From: Macrostomum hystrix
Taxonomy: Eukaryota > Animalia > Platyhelminthes
DNA: 64,000 nucleotides
Assembly: GCA_950097015.1 (NCBI GenBank)
Contig: CATNEN010000025.1
Coordinates: forward strand, 4,960,001-5,024,000
Direction of reading: 5' to 3'
The position numbers were made by a program, and so were the translations under genes. The notes below the pieces were generated by a model, which had not been told where the DNA came from, did not search any database, and was given only the letters and a program-made list of their open reading frames with translations. Shown piece after piece: positions 12,281 to 24,390 of this stretch (position 1 is the first letter of the stretch; every line of letters starts with the position of its first letter).

Positions 12281-14119
12281 ATGTCCCAAAGCAACAACGA
12301 GCTGCGCTTTAGGGCGATGGCGCTTGTTATTAGGTGCTTCCTCCGCTACAAAGCTCGTCTAGAGGCCAGACGGAGGGCGGCCTGGGTTATCTACCAAAGT
12401 ATCGAGTACTCAAGCGAAGCAAGTCAGACGAAGCTGCAGGCCTTCCTTAATGAGTTGGTGCGTCTCGGCTCCAGGAGGCTGCAGAGTGGCCTTGAAAACC
12501 GTATCAATCCGAAATCTGAGATCAAGATGGAAGAAAGTTTGCTGAGTAAAACTGCTTATGAAAACATTGAAGTTGAAAGTACATATTCGGGACCTCGTTT
12601 GACCTTTCCACTGAATGTGGCCCAAATTAAAGCCTTGACCGGATACTTTAGCAATGGTGGCGTGCTGCATCCCCGCTACCTGCTGCAGCTACTCCATGAG
12701 ATTCGGCGATACCTGAAGACCAGACCAAACATCTCTAGCGCTAGCACGAGCATATCAAAGCAGATCACTGTGGTTGGCGACCTGTACGGAAAAATCGAGG
12801 ATCTCCTGACAGTTTTCGACAAGAATGGCCTGCCTGACATAAAAAATCCCTACGTCTTTAACGGGAATATGGTGGATCGCGGCGCCAATTCGGTTGAGGT
12901 TGCAGCCTTGCTGTTCGCTTGCCAGCTGGTATGGCCCACCGCGGTCTACATCAATCGCGGAAATCACGAAGATCACTTGTTGAACAACTGTTACGGCTTC
13001 ATCAAGGAGGTGCAGAAAAAGTACCAGCAAGAGGCAAAAAAAATTGTTCCTCTGTTTGCGGAAGTGTTCGCCTGGCTGCCTCTTGCGACTGTTATTGACA
13101 AGCGAACCTTAGTTGTCCACGGGGGCGTATCGGACACGTTGGACCTAGAAAAGTTAGAGTCTCTTGATCGCCATATGTTTTTATCCGTGATTAAACCACA
13201 GGCACCTTTGGGTGGCAAAGTTGACAAGTTAGAATGGAAGCAAGTGACAGATCTGATCTGGAGCGATCCAAGACCTCAATCAGGCTGTGAAAAAAATACG
13301 AGACGCGGAGCTGGTTGCTTCTTTGGACCCGACGTCACGGAAGGCTTCTTGCGACGAAGCAAACTTCAAATGCTTATTCGCTCTCACGAATGTTGCGAAG
13401 GTGGCTTTGAATACTTTCACAACGGCACTGCACTGACTCTGTTTTCGGCGTCCAACTACCATTCAGAAGGCAGCAATCTGGGGGCCTATGCAAATCTGGA
13501 CAGCCAAGGAAAGCCGCACATTGTTCAATTTAGTGCAAGCAAAAGCCTACTGCTTCCGCTAGGTCGCCGACTAGCGGCATTCGAAGACAGCGCTCTTCGC
13601 AGCCTTCGTGCCAAAATCACCGCCTATAAAAGTGAACTCATCACTGGCTTTGCGAAGTGCGATCCGGATTTGAGCGGCTGCGTCAGCGTTGCGACCTGGT
13701 GCAACATCATGGAATCGCATCTGAAGCTCAAACTGCCCTGGCGCGCACTGCGACCGCAGCTGGCGGTGCTGGCTTCGAATGGCCTGGTGATGTACATGTC
13801 CACCTTTCAACGAGCTACTTTAATAAACGAAACCGGGCTTACTAACTCCAAGACTGGCGCATCGATGGCTGAATCCCTGTACAAGAATAAGGAGGAGCTG
13901 GAGACAATCTTTCGCATGATAGACCAAGATAACACAGGTAAAGTTAGTCTGGAAGACTTCAAGGAGTGCTGCGGTCTTCTGTCCCAGATAACGCAACGCG
14001 ATCTATCAGATTCCGATATTTCAGACATGGCAATAGCGATGGACATGAACAATGACGGCTACATAGACTTTAATGAGTTCTTGGAAGCCTTTCGGATTGT
14101 GCAGTTTCAAGAAAAATGA
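12281..14119 (+). CDS. PPEF-like: PPEF paralogue, 612 aa, intronless; predicted catalytically impaired (GDLYG, GNMVDRG)
   Basis: Collinear with the minus-strand PPEF over its whole length. Retains RGNHE, HGG, WSDP, RSHE, FSASNY and EF-hands DQDNTGKVSLEDF and DMNNDGYIDFNEF. Codons TAC at 12785..12787 and AAT at 12866..12868 replace the conserved His and Asp. Confidence 0.92.
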   Translation: MSQSNNELRFRAMALVIRCFLRYKARLEARRRAAWVIYQSIEYSSEASQTKLQAFLNELVRLGSRRLQSGLENRINPKSEIKMEESLLSKTAYENIEVESTYSGPRLTFPLNVAQIKALTGYFSNGGVLHPRYLLQLLHEIRRYLKTRPNISSASTSISKQITVVGDLYGKIEDLLTVFDKNGLPDIKNPYVFNGNMVDRGANSVEVAALLFACQLVWPTAVYINRGNHEDHLLNNCYGFIKEVQKKYQQEAKKIVPLFAEVFAWLPLATVIDKRTLVVHGGVSDTLDLEKLESLDRHMFLSVIKPQAPLGGKVDKLEWKQVTDLIWSDPRPQSGCEKNTRRGAGCFFGPDVTEGFLRRSKLQMLIRSHECCEGGFEYFHNGTALTLFSASNYHSEGSNLGAYANLDSQGKPHIVQFSASKSLLLPLGRRLAAFEDSALRSLRAKITAYKSELITGFAKCDPDLSGCVSVATWCNIMESHLKLKLPWRALRPQLAVLASNGLVMYMSTFQRATLINETGLTNSKTGASMAESLYKNKEELETIFRMIDQDNTGKVSLEDFKECCGLLSQITQRDLSDSDISDMAIAMDMNNDGYIDFNEFLEAFRIVQFQEK

Positions 14120-14374
14120 GGTCGCGTCTGCTGTCAAAGAGAATTTAGTTTTTGCTAATTTATGCAATAAACCTGAAGATAAAGCCTGTCCTTTTCATTT
14201 TATTTTATTTTCCAGATTCCGTCTGAAGCTAACGAAAGATTTCCGAAACAAACTTTGAATTTTAGTACTTCCAGATTTAAATGGATTTTTTAATCTTAAT
14301 GGATTTGATGGGGATGTTCACTGAAGTCAGAAATCTGTTTAAAATATTATAGAATCGACACCTAGCCCAGGAGT

Positions 14375-14632
14375 GGCACTGCCGCAGCTATTGCGCCGTG
14401 TACAGTTGTTCAGTCCATGGACCGGGGGAAGAACCTACCAAAATCAGGCTGGAACCCATTTTACAACTGGGTGAGCTCAAGCACTAGGGTATGAAGCAGT
14501 AATTGCTCAAATACACAAATAGTATCCCTTGTGCTCTCGATTCGAACTCCCGACTCCCGAATTCCCGACGATTCGAACTCCCGATCTCTCTGTCATAGGT
14601 CCGAATCTCTAGCCACTGGGCTACAAGCTCCC
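14375..14632 (-). mobile_element. tRNA-derived SINE, family 1 (near full length)
   Basis: The minus strand reads an A-box-like TGTAGCCCAGTGGCTAGAG and a B-box GGGAGTTCGAATC. The body CACCCAGTTGTAAAATGGG...GTCCATGGACTGAAC...GCTGCGGCAGTGCC is shared with copies at 17860, 31445, 37808, 56185 and 59065. Confidence 0.8.
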
Positions 14633-14964
14633 TTTTCGAGGAAACTGACAGCAGTACAATCACCGGTGAGGCAAGAAATTCATTCGAGAGTATGGATGAA
14701 AACGGGAATAAAGTAAATGACAGGAGTGTTGTTGTATACCTATGGTGCATAGATAACGAGATGCATGAAGACTGCCGCATAGCAACAATGTAGACTTCTC
14801 ATTAAATATGGATGCTCATTGAGATGAGATACGCCAGCCCTGTTGTGCTTGCACTGTGAGGAGAGCTATACAATTAGTATTCTTCCCCACCTCATAGATT
14901 TCAGGTTGTCTACTGTGTATCACACTGTTTCAGTGTTTCACTCAAATTCATTAAATTTAAGTTT

Positions 14965-17062
14965 CCACCGAAATCCAAGGTTGTTTCCCCCGAAATCCAA
15001 GGTTGTTTCCCCCGAAATCCAAGGTTGTTTCCCCCGAAATCCAAGGTTGTTTCCCCCGAAATCCAAGGTTGTTTCCCCCGAAATCCAAGGTTGTTTCCCC
15101 CGAAATCCAAGGTTGTTTACCTCAAAATCCAATGTTGTTTCACCCGAAATTCTATTTTGTTTCCCCCAAAATCCAAGGTTGTTTCCCCCGAAATCCAAGG
15201 TTGTTTCCCCCGAAATCCAAGGTTGTTTCCCCCAAAATCCAATGTTGTTACCCCCGAAATCCAATGTTGTTTCCCCAAAATCCAATGTTGTTTCCCCCAA
15301 AATCCAAGGTTGTTTCCCCCAAAATCCAATGTTGTTACCCCCGAAATCCAATGTTGTTTCCCCCAAAATCCAATGTTGTTACCCCCGAAATCCAATGTTG
15401 TTTCCCTCAAAATCCAATGTTGTTTCCCCCAAAATCCAATGTTGTTTCCCCAAAATCCAATGTTGTTTCCCCCAAAATCCAAGGTTGTTTCCCCCAAAAT
15501 CCAAGGTTGTTTCCCTCAAAATCCATGGTTGTTTCCCTCAAAATCCATGGTTGTTTCCCCAAAATCCAAGGTTGTTCCCCCAAAATCCAAGGTTGTTTCC
15601 CTCAAAATCCTAGGTTGTTTCCCCTGAAATCCAAGGTTGTTTCCCTCAAAATCCAATGTTGTTTCCCCCAAAATCCAGGGTTGTTTCCCCTGAAATCCAA
15701 GGTTGTTTCCCTCAAAATCCAAGGTTGTTTCCCTCAAAATCCAGGGTTGTTTCCCCTGAAATCCAAGGTTGTTTCCCTCAAAATCCAATGTTGTTTCCCC
15801 CAAAATCCAAGGTTGTTTCCCCCAAAATCCAATGTTGTTACCCCCGAAATCCAATGTTGTTTCCCCCAAAATCCAATGTTGTTTCCCCCAAAATCCAATG
15901 TTGTTTCCCCCAAAATCCAAGGCTGTTTCCCCCAAAATCCAAGGTTGTTTCCCCCAAAATCCAATGTTGTTTCCCCCAAAATCCAATGTTGTTTCCCCCA
16001 AAATCCAAGGCTGTTTCCCCCAAAATCCAAGGTTGTTTCCCCCAAAATCCAAGGTTGTTTCCCCCAAAATCCAATGTTGTTTCCACCAAAATCCAAGGCT
16101 GTTTCCCCCAAAATCCAAGGTTGTTTCCCCCAAAATCCAATGTTGTTTCCCCCGAAATACGAGGTTGTTTCCCCCAAAATCCAATGTTGTTTCCCCCAAA
16201 ATCCATGGTTGTTTCCCCCAAAATCCATGGTTGTTTCCCCCAAAATCCAATGTTGTTTTCCCCAAAATCCATGGTTGTTTCCCCCAAAATCCATGGTTGT
16301 TTCCCCCAAACTCCAAGGCTGTTTCCCCCAAAATCCAATATTGTTTCCCCCGAAATCCATGGTTGTTTCCCCCAAAATCCAAGGTTGTTTCCCCCGAAAT
16401 CCAAGGTGTTTCCCCCAAAATCCAATATTGTTTCCCCCAAAATCCATGGTTGTTTCCCCCAAAATCCAAGGTTGTTTCCCCCAAAATCCAATGTTGTTTC
16501 CCCCAAAATCCAAGGTTGTTTCCCCCAAAATCCAAGGTTGTTTCCCCCAAAATCCAAGGCTGTTTCCCCCAAAATCCAAGGTTGTTTCCCCCAAAATCCA
16601 ATGTTGTTTCCCCCGAAATACGAGGTTGTTTCCCCCAAAATCCAATGTTGTTTCCCCCGAAATACGAGGTTGTTTCCCCCAAAATCCAATATTGTTTCCC
16701 CCAAAATCCAAGGGGTTGTTTCCCCCGAAATCCAAGGTGTTTCCCTCAAAATCCAATGTTGTTTCCCCCGAAATACGAGGTTGTTTCCCCCAAAATCCAA
16801 TGTTGTTTCCCCCAAAATCCAAGGTTGTTTCCCCCGAAATCCAAGGTGTTTCCCCCAAAATCCAATATTATTTCCCCCAAAATCCAAGGTTGTTTCCCCC
16901 GAAATCCAAGGTGTTTCCCCCAAAATCCAATATTGTTTCCCCCAAAATCCAATATTGTTTCCCCCGAAATCCAAGGTGTTTCCCTCAAAATCCAAGGTTG
17001 TTTCCCTCAAAATCCAAGGTTGTTTCCCTCAAAATCCAATGTTGTTTCCCCAAAATCCAAGG
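14965..17062. repeat. 22-bp minisatellite (GTTGTTTCCCCCRAAATCCAAK), about 95 copies
   Basis: Period seen directly; a 22-aa periodicity runs through all frames of the track ORFs. Confidence 0.96.
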
Positions 17063-17812
17063 TTTTTTTACTTGTTAGGAGAATTTTCCACAGTAGACAC
17101 TACTGATTAGTAGCAAGTATTGAAAGGCCCCTGCGTTCTGTCCTCAGAGTGGCGAATAGTAGCGTTGAATGCGTCTTGATTCAACTGCACAAACTGCACG
17201 AATAGCCAGAGCCATTTCTTTAAATAAGTGTTCCTCAATAACATAAGCTAATCGGCAAAGAGAAAGAGAGAAAAAACACAGATTGCTCAGGAAAAAAATA
17301 GTTCTTTGGCAGCAAGAAACTCTCGCGTGCTTTACTCATCTCAGCTCACGCACTCATTCTCCTGTACAAATCCTCCGAAATATCTAAAAAGATCCACTTC
17401 ACCTCATGAGAATCGAATGGAAATGCAGCTCTCTATCTCTCTCCCCTTCCTTCATCTCTCTCTCAGATTCTGGGCATCATTGCTTCAAGGCCGGATCGAT
17501 AAAATGCCTCACCGCGGGCCTGGCCAAATCCCTCCTGCTCAAACCTCCGCCACTCTTCCCCAGCACTCACTGCTCTGCAGTCATCATCTGCGTTCCCATC
17601 AGCGCTCCTAACCAACCTCCCTGAAATTTTCCTTCCCAATGTGCTATCGGGCAAGGAAATATAGGCATGGGAGGGGTGTTTATTGGGCATCCGCGATATT
17701 AAAATGTCCTCTCCCCTCTTGTCGACCAGCTTCCATTCCGTTCGTTGTAATTTGACCAAGGCTTTGGATTCTTGTGAGAGCCGCAGCTAAGCCAATTTAC
17801 CAATTAACGATT

Positions 17813-18674
17813 ATGTCGCAGTATAGACACGGACTATGCGGATGCTTCGACGACTGCGGTGAGTTGGACTGTTGTGTTCAGCTTTTCAGTCCATGGACAA
17901 GTGGAGGCACGCAACACCCACCTAAATTTCTAACCCAGCAAATGCTAGTACCCATTTACATCTGGCCTAGCTGAAGCAATGGTATATGTGACTCGTAAGG
18001 GCTGAAAGTCACAAATAAATCCATGGGGCTGAGATTAGGTGAGTGAGTGGCAGAGCAGTGTAAGGTCCCTGAGCTCGATTCCGCGGCGAGGCAACATTAA
18101 TTCCGCAGCTTGGGGGCTTGTAATGGAATTTAAGTCATTGAGGGCCAACCTCCAAGTCAAAGCGACAGTGACGAACCTCCTCGCTAGAAGCGGGTCTCGT
18201 GTCACCAAATGATGTCCAGCACCCAACAGTGCACTCCTGCATATATTATGAATATTATTTATTATGGGGCTAACATTTGAGCCCCAAACTCTCGTTGTCA
18301 CGTGAGTCAAGTGAATTCCAAAATCACTGCTGACTGTTAACACAAGCGCAACAGAGTGCTAAGCATTGTGGGCCATCCACCCGACCCGCGCAGGCATCTG
18401 CATCATGGCCTTCTCCTTCCCCTGCTATACGCACGGCAAGACCGCCGAAGCGGTTGGTGACAACTGCATCCAGTGCGGCGTCGGCTATTTCTTCCTGGCC
18501 CCCTGCGTTGGCGCAGTGATTCGCGGCAAGGTGCGCGACAGGCAGGGCATTCCAGGCGGCTTCGTCGGCGATTTCTTTACTCACCTGTGCTGCCCTCTGT
18601 GCGCCTTGGTGCAGGACGCCCAGGAGGTCAAGGACATGGTGCCACCAAGCGCACTGTGCGTGGAGCGCGAATGA
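17813..18674 (+). CDS. PLAC8-domain (cornifelin-like) Cys-rich protein, 108 aa; exons 17813..17858 and 18394..18674
   Basis: MSQYRHGLCGCFDDC-G-ICIMAFSFPC...CCPLCALVQDAQE matches the PLAC8 pattern. Phase-1 intron gtgag...cgcag. Confidence 0.9.
17860..18005 (-). mobile_element. SINE family 1 fragment in the PLAC8 intron
   Basis: CAGTCCATGGAC and GTACCCATTTACA...CTGAAGCAATG match the family 1 body in reverse. Confidence 0.65.
18040..18245 (+). mobile_element. SINE family 2, internally deleted copy in the PLAC8 intron
   Basis: GTGGCAGAG...GGTCCCTGAGCTCGATTCCGCGGCGAGGC, CTTGGGGGCTTG, GAGGGCCAACCTCCAAG and GTCACCAAATGATG are shared with the 41100 copy. Confidence 0.75.
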
Positions 18675-18735
18675 GGAACTGATTGCATTCGCTGAGTCAG
18701 TCAAGTCACTCAATCGCTGAGTCGTCGCTGTGTCA

Positions 18736-18884
18736 AGTACGCTAGTACGCAAGTACGCTAGTACCCAAGTACGCAAGTACGCTAGTACGCAAGTACGCTA
18801 GTACGCAAGTACGCTAGTACGCAAGTACGCTAGTACGCAAGTACGCTAGTACGCAAGTACGCTAGTACGCAAGTAAGCTAGTAC
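18736..18884. repeat. 16-bp tandem repeat (GTACGCTAGTACGCAA), about 9 copies
   Basis: Period seen directly, just downstream of the PLAC8 stop. Confidence 0.92.
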
Positions 18885-18974
18885 TTTTGAAATCAGAGAT
18901 TATAATGCTACGCATAGTAGTTTCCTTATAAAATTCAGAGATCTAAAATCGAACTTTAAATCTAAAGTGGAGAG

Positions 18975-19045
18975 TGAATTTATATCGAGCTCAGGGACCT
19001 TGGTGTGAGTGGAAACGCCTTAGACCGTTCTGCCACCGACCCCCA
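18975..19045 (-). mobile_element. SINE family 2 tRNA-like head fragment
   Basis: The reverse complement GGGGTCGGTGGCAGAACGGTCTAAGGCGTTTCCACTCACACCAAGGTCCCTGAGCTCGAT matches the 41100 head. Confidence 0.7.
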
Positions 19046-19977
19046 TGAATTAATATTTAGAAAAAATGTAAATTTTGCCATATATTTCGGCAATAAAATT
19101 ATCATAACACTACTTACAGTGGCAGTATAATCATTTTGTTATGTTTTTTCATGAAAAATCCGACAGGTATGATATCCAACGAAATTTATTCGGCAACCGT
19201 TTAACATATTGTTTCTTATGCTTAGCGTTTTTTAATTTGAATTTTAGCTGTTTTCTACCTGCTTTTATATCTATCGATTTTATTCCTCCTAGCAACCAAT
19301 AACCTGCCCTATCCGTGTATTATACAAAAAATTTGTTTAGGCTGTTTTTGCTTTTTCTTTTGCTGTTGTCTGTGTAACTGTCTTGCCAGGCATTGTACGA
19401 ATATAGTATTGAACGAGCAATAACTTTCTCTAGTTTTAACGGCCTTTGAAATGCAAAGTGTGTGTACTATACTTATAAATAAAATATTATTTAATTAGTT
19501 CTGGTGTTAATAAAAATTAAACAGTTCCGCTGCAAGAAAAACTGAGTGGCGAATTCAATTGGTCACTCGAGGTTAGTCACGTGACTGAGGGTCTGGGTGT
19601 TTGAAAATTGGCGTTCAGGTGGTGTTTGTTTTTTAAGCTTTTCTATAATTTTCCTATGCTTTGTGTTATTACTCATTATATAAAAATATCACTTTTTTCA
19701 TGTCAGGGCGTTTGTAAACTAATTATTTGTTTCACTGTTCCAATGTTTTCTTTATGATACAAAAAAAGAATTCCACGATAGACTATAACAGAATTTCAGA
19801 ATCTGTGTTTTTTTATTAGCAAGTTTTGGCTGGTTGCAGATTTACAGTTTTTGTAGTTATTATATACTACTTGTAGTAGCTTACTGTTTCGTCTTCTGAA
19901 GCATTATTCTTTACATTACACCAGCTAATGCCTGCTTATATAAACTTTGTTTTAAATCCACTCCTTCCAGAATATCA

Positions 19978-20855
19978 AGAATGACGCAGAATGGGAGATG
20001 GGATCATAGAATGACGCAGAATGGGAGATGGGATCATATAGTGATGCATAATGGGAGATTGGATCATAGAATGCCGCAGAATGAGAGTGGGATCAAAGAA
20101 TGACGCAGAATGAGAGTGGGATCATAGAATGACGCAGAATGAGAGTGGGATCATAGAATGACCCAGAATGAGAGTGGGATCATAGAATGACGCAGAATGA
20201 GAGTGGGATCATAGAATGACGCAGAATGAGAGTGGGATCATATAATGACGCAGAATGAGAGATGGGATCATAGAATGACGCAGAATGAGAGTGGGATCAT
20301 AGAATGACGCAGAATGAGAGTGGGATCATAGAATGACACAGAATGAGAGATGGGATCATAGAATGACACAGAATGAGAGTGGGATCATAGAATGACGCAG
20401 AATGAGAGTGGGATCATAGAATGACGCAGAATGGGAAATGGGATCATAGAATGACCCAGAATGAGAGTGGGATCATAGAATGACGCAGAATGAGAGTGGG
20501 ATCATAGAATGACACAGAATGGGAAATGGGATCATAGAATGACGCAGAATGAGAGTGGGATCATAGAATGACGCAGAATGAGAGTGGGATCATAGAATGA
20601 CGCAGAATGAGAGTGGGATCATAGAATGACACAGAATGGGAAATGGGATCATAGAATGACGCAGAATGAGAGTGGGATCATAGAATGACGCAGAATGAGA
20701 GTGGGATCATAGAATGACGCAGAATGAGAGTGGGATCATAGAATGACGCAGAATGAGAGTGGGATCATAGAATGACGCAGAATGGGAGATGGGATCATAT
20801 AATAATGCAGATTGGGAGATGGGATCATAGAATGCCGCAGAATGGGAGATGGGAT
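19978..20855. repeat. 29/30-bp minisatellite (GAATGACGCAGAATGAGAGTGGGATCATA), about 30 copies
   Basis: Period seen directly. Confidence 0.95.
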
Positions 20856-21803
20856 ATTTTTTAAAGCCGTAGGCAAAGAGCCATGCTGAATGAAGAATTC
20901 ATTCATGAGCAGACTCCTTCATGCATGGAGGGACTTTCATATGGTGCAGGAAGCTATGGCCATTGTGAATTCAGGCAGGATAATTAATTAGATTATTTCT
21001 TTTCTTCTGTGATTTCTGTGGCTTGAAGGCATTATGCAGCCTATTAATAACGGTACAATCTTAACAGACAAGCCTTAGTCACTGAAGGGACTAAAGTTGA
21101 TAGTGGTAAAATATTTTACTTAAGAAGAACAAAAATAGAGGCACAAATCACGATACTTATGCGATATTAGCTAAGTAGCAAGTAGCGAGAGTGATAAGGA
21201 TTACTATAAGCGTCTTGAATTATAATATGGTTATAACTTTAGTTTAATATGAAGCTTACCAAACAATGTAGGGACAAGGAATTTTAATAGAGAATAATGT
21301 TCCATTTAAACGCAAGAAATTTTGTCTTTACTAAGGCTACATGGAAGCAGTTTCGCGAACTAATAAAAAGAAGCAATAATGCGAATTAAAAAGCGATAGA
21401 AAAAATCGTGCACTACTACTTTCTTTACCGATAGTGAGTAGCAGGATCAGAAAGTCTATGTTTTAAAGAAAAAATCGTTCCAAAAACATCGAGTGGGGTT
21501 GCTTTATATGCGTAAAATTTTTGTTTTAAATTGATCTAGGCCGCATGCGTGAAGTGATAAATAGAAATGTGCATTGTTGGAACAATAGCATCGAAGATTG
21601 GATCATTGGACTGACTAGTTTTAACAATATACCATTTACAGAAGCGCGGAGCAGTGATTTTAGTGCAGCGAAGCCGATTACAAAAAAGCGATAAATTTCG
21701 CTCAAACCAACTCAATGGTCAACTCAACACGATACAACGCAGGGTCTCTCTAGAGTCTTCTTTCGCTTGATCAGTTCTGCTCAGCCGTTGAGTCAATGAT
21801 TAT

Positions 21804-22627
21804 TTAGGAGGTGCTCAAAGTGCCGGCTCCCTGACCGAAACCGACTCCCTTAGGACCGAAGTTCCTGCCATAGCAGGCTGTTTGAACCGGTTTTGCGTGG
21901 GTGAAAACAAGCGTGAATTCAAAGCGCCGACATGGAATCCAAACTCACAACAACAACGCACTCACCCTTGCAGTAGATCTCCTCCTTGGTGTTGCACAGC
22001 TTCGTGCTGTCCAGGCCAGTGCCACAGTCCTTGCAGCGGAAGCAGCTCTTGTGAAAGCTCACCTGTGGGACACAGAGGCTCAAGATGCCATTAAACAGTA
22101 AATTTAACCAGGCTGCAAGTTTGTGAGGCCGCTTACCCCGGTCGGACAACCTATGGCCTTCTCGGCGTCGTTAACCTTCTTGCCGCAGCGAGGGCAGCCG
22201 CCCTGGTCAACTGGCACAATGGCGCCGCCCATGGCGGCCACCTCGCTAGACGGCTTGTTGGAGACGGTCTCCGTATTGCCCAGGTGCTTGCCGCTGTCCA
22301 TGTTGAGGGCGCCAGCGCCGCCGCCGAAGCCGTAGCCCTTGGGGCCGTATTTGCGGCCGTGGCACTGCTTGCAGAAGATCTCGCCCTCATGCTCGGCGAT
22401 GGTCGTGCTTTCCAGGAACTTGTTGCAGAGGCCTGGAACACAATTTTCATGATTGCTATGAAATAGAATGCTTCAAATAAAAATGGTTGCGTCAAGCGAA
22501 GCTGGCGCTCACCGCATTTCAGGCACTGCTTGTGCCACTTCTTGCCGGCGGCCAGTTTTTCCTCGGCCGCGTACACCGCCTTGTCGCACTTGGGACACTT
22601 GGCTTGTTCAACGGGCTTGAACGGCAT
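21804..22627 (-). CDS. CSRP: Cysteine- and glycine-rich two-LIM protein (CRP/muscle LIM protein), 193 aa; exons 22627..22513, 22432..22137, 22062..21966, 21877..21804
   Basis: CPKC...WHKQCLKC-GLC...IFCKQCHGRKYGPKGYGFGGGAGAL; second LIM CPRC...FHKSCFRCKDC...[23 protein letters not shown]. All three introns are GT-AG (80, 74, 88 bp) and the phases close the frame. Confidence 0.94.
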
Positions 22628-24390
22628 GACTGCGGGTTGGGTCAGACGAGAAACTGGCAGAGCTGAACGAAACCTGTCAGTGAGGGAGCGCCGGTCGTCA
22701 GCGCAAGTCTCGCAGCTTTATGCAGGTCCACACACCCCCTCACCGGACACAGCTGCACACAGCGAATGCGATTCCTCCTATACCTGAAACCCTGCGCAAC
22801 CGGCTCACCAACCCCTCACCATCCGCAAGTACGTACGTTCGTTTCACTCCAAAAATTCTTCCGTACCTCGTGATCATGTTGTGCTCTTTCGCATTAACCA
22901 GACCCTGTACGATTCATAATGCCAGGCCAAAGTAGGCCAGGATCAACTGGCTGTTCAAGTGCTCTAAACTACATTTTCTATTCTTTCTTTATTTTCTGCC
23001 CTTAATTGACGTATTTACAGGCTGCAGCAATAGCCTGATTAGACTGATGCTAACAGAAGCGAATCTACAGTGCTGGTAGGCGGAGCTTGATAAATTTCCA
23101 GCCCAAACGGAAGGTCAGCAGCTGTTCCACCAGGTTCGGCTATTGCTGTCTGCCCCACCCATCGATTCGATCGTCCAGCCCCGCGCACTCGCTCACCGCC
23201 CGGAGTCAGCATCCTATACTTCTGGTCTTTGGGTTGAAATGCCAGTCTTCAGTGCACTGTGGGAAGAGGCAAAACGCAAGATGGGAGGCTGACACAGTAC
23301 TAGGTACGTTCGAATCGATACTCGGGTCACGTCTAGCCCACACAGGGGGGGTTTGGTCCTTCACGTTTTGTTTTTGCCCAGTGGCTGCAGTTCGGTACCG
23401 GATAAACTAGCTGAAGCTACAAGAAAGGTGAAGCATTGTCAGTTTTTCCAGCTCGAAGAAGGCTTTGGCAATACTGAGTTTTGAAGGCGATTTAACATTT
23501 AAGAATAAAGGACTTCGTTTCTTGGAAAATATAAAGGCTGATTTTCGCGGAAAAATACACTAATGCGAGTTACACACTTATTGAAAGCAGATCCAGTGCT
23601 GTTCTTTTAAAATATTTTGCAAATAATGTTGCTTCAACGAATTTTATAAAGATTCATTCATGAAAAACAGATCTTTATTTTTTTCGTCTATTTATCACGA
23701 TGCACAATAGCCAGTCAATAGCTATCTCGTGATTAACTAAATTTACAGTCCTGCACTTTCTAATCAAGTATAAGTGCATTTTCACGCTTTTTTTGTGCAT
23801 TTTTTCTGTGAAAATTAGCCTTTAAATTTTTTTCCCCTTGAAATGAAGTCACGTCCTTCTTCTTCTAATGGTCCTTGGCAATTTGCTTTCTCTCAGTATT
23901 GGCTCTGCTTGTAAAAGGCGGCAGTAGTAAATGTTTTGTCAAATCTATCAGCCTTCAAGCCATTAGTGATAGGCGCCCGTCAAACTATTCCGAAATGACA
24001 GCTGCAAGTAATAGACGTTAGCTGTGTCAGCGTGTCAACACTTTCAGGCCAATTGTGCTAAACATGTGCAGTTAATTACTGCTCCACTACACCTGTACTG
24101 TACTGGCACTGCAGTCAGCATTGAGATCTGCACTACTTTATGCAATTTTTATGGCCAGTAAAAATGTTTTTAGCTTAACGAATGCCGCCACTGCCACTTT
24201 TTGCATTATCAGTACGTGTTTGGAAATTTAGCAGAATGACACGGCACACACTTCTCGAACTTCTAGCTGGCTGTGAAATCGTCAGGTGTGGGACTGCCCA
24301 ATGCAACTGCGCCGTTCGCAACACGCGCAACGAGAAGCCCTCCTCTAACGGTGGGCCGCAGACATCTCAGCCCAGCCTGCCTGCGCCCGC

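Noticed and set aside
8849-13810. Antisense and alternate-frame ORFs over the PPEF genes (also over FAM126, Merlin and PPP2R3C)
   Set aside because: Shadows of GC-rich coding sequence with no independent motifs.
14560-14632. tRNA genes (also at 31290, 37808, 41100)
   Set aside because: A and B boxes are present, but there is no acceptor stem or cloverleaf, and each is followed by a shared SINE body.
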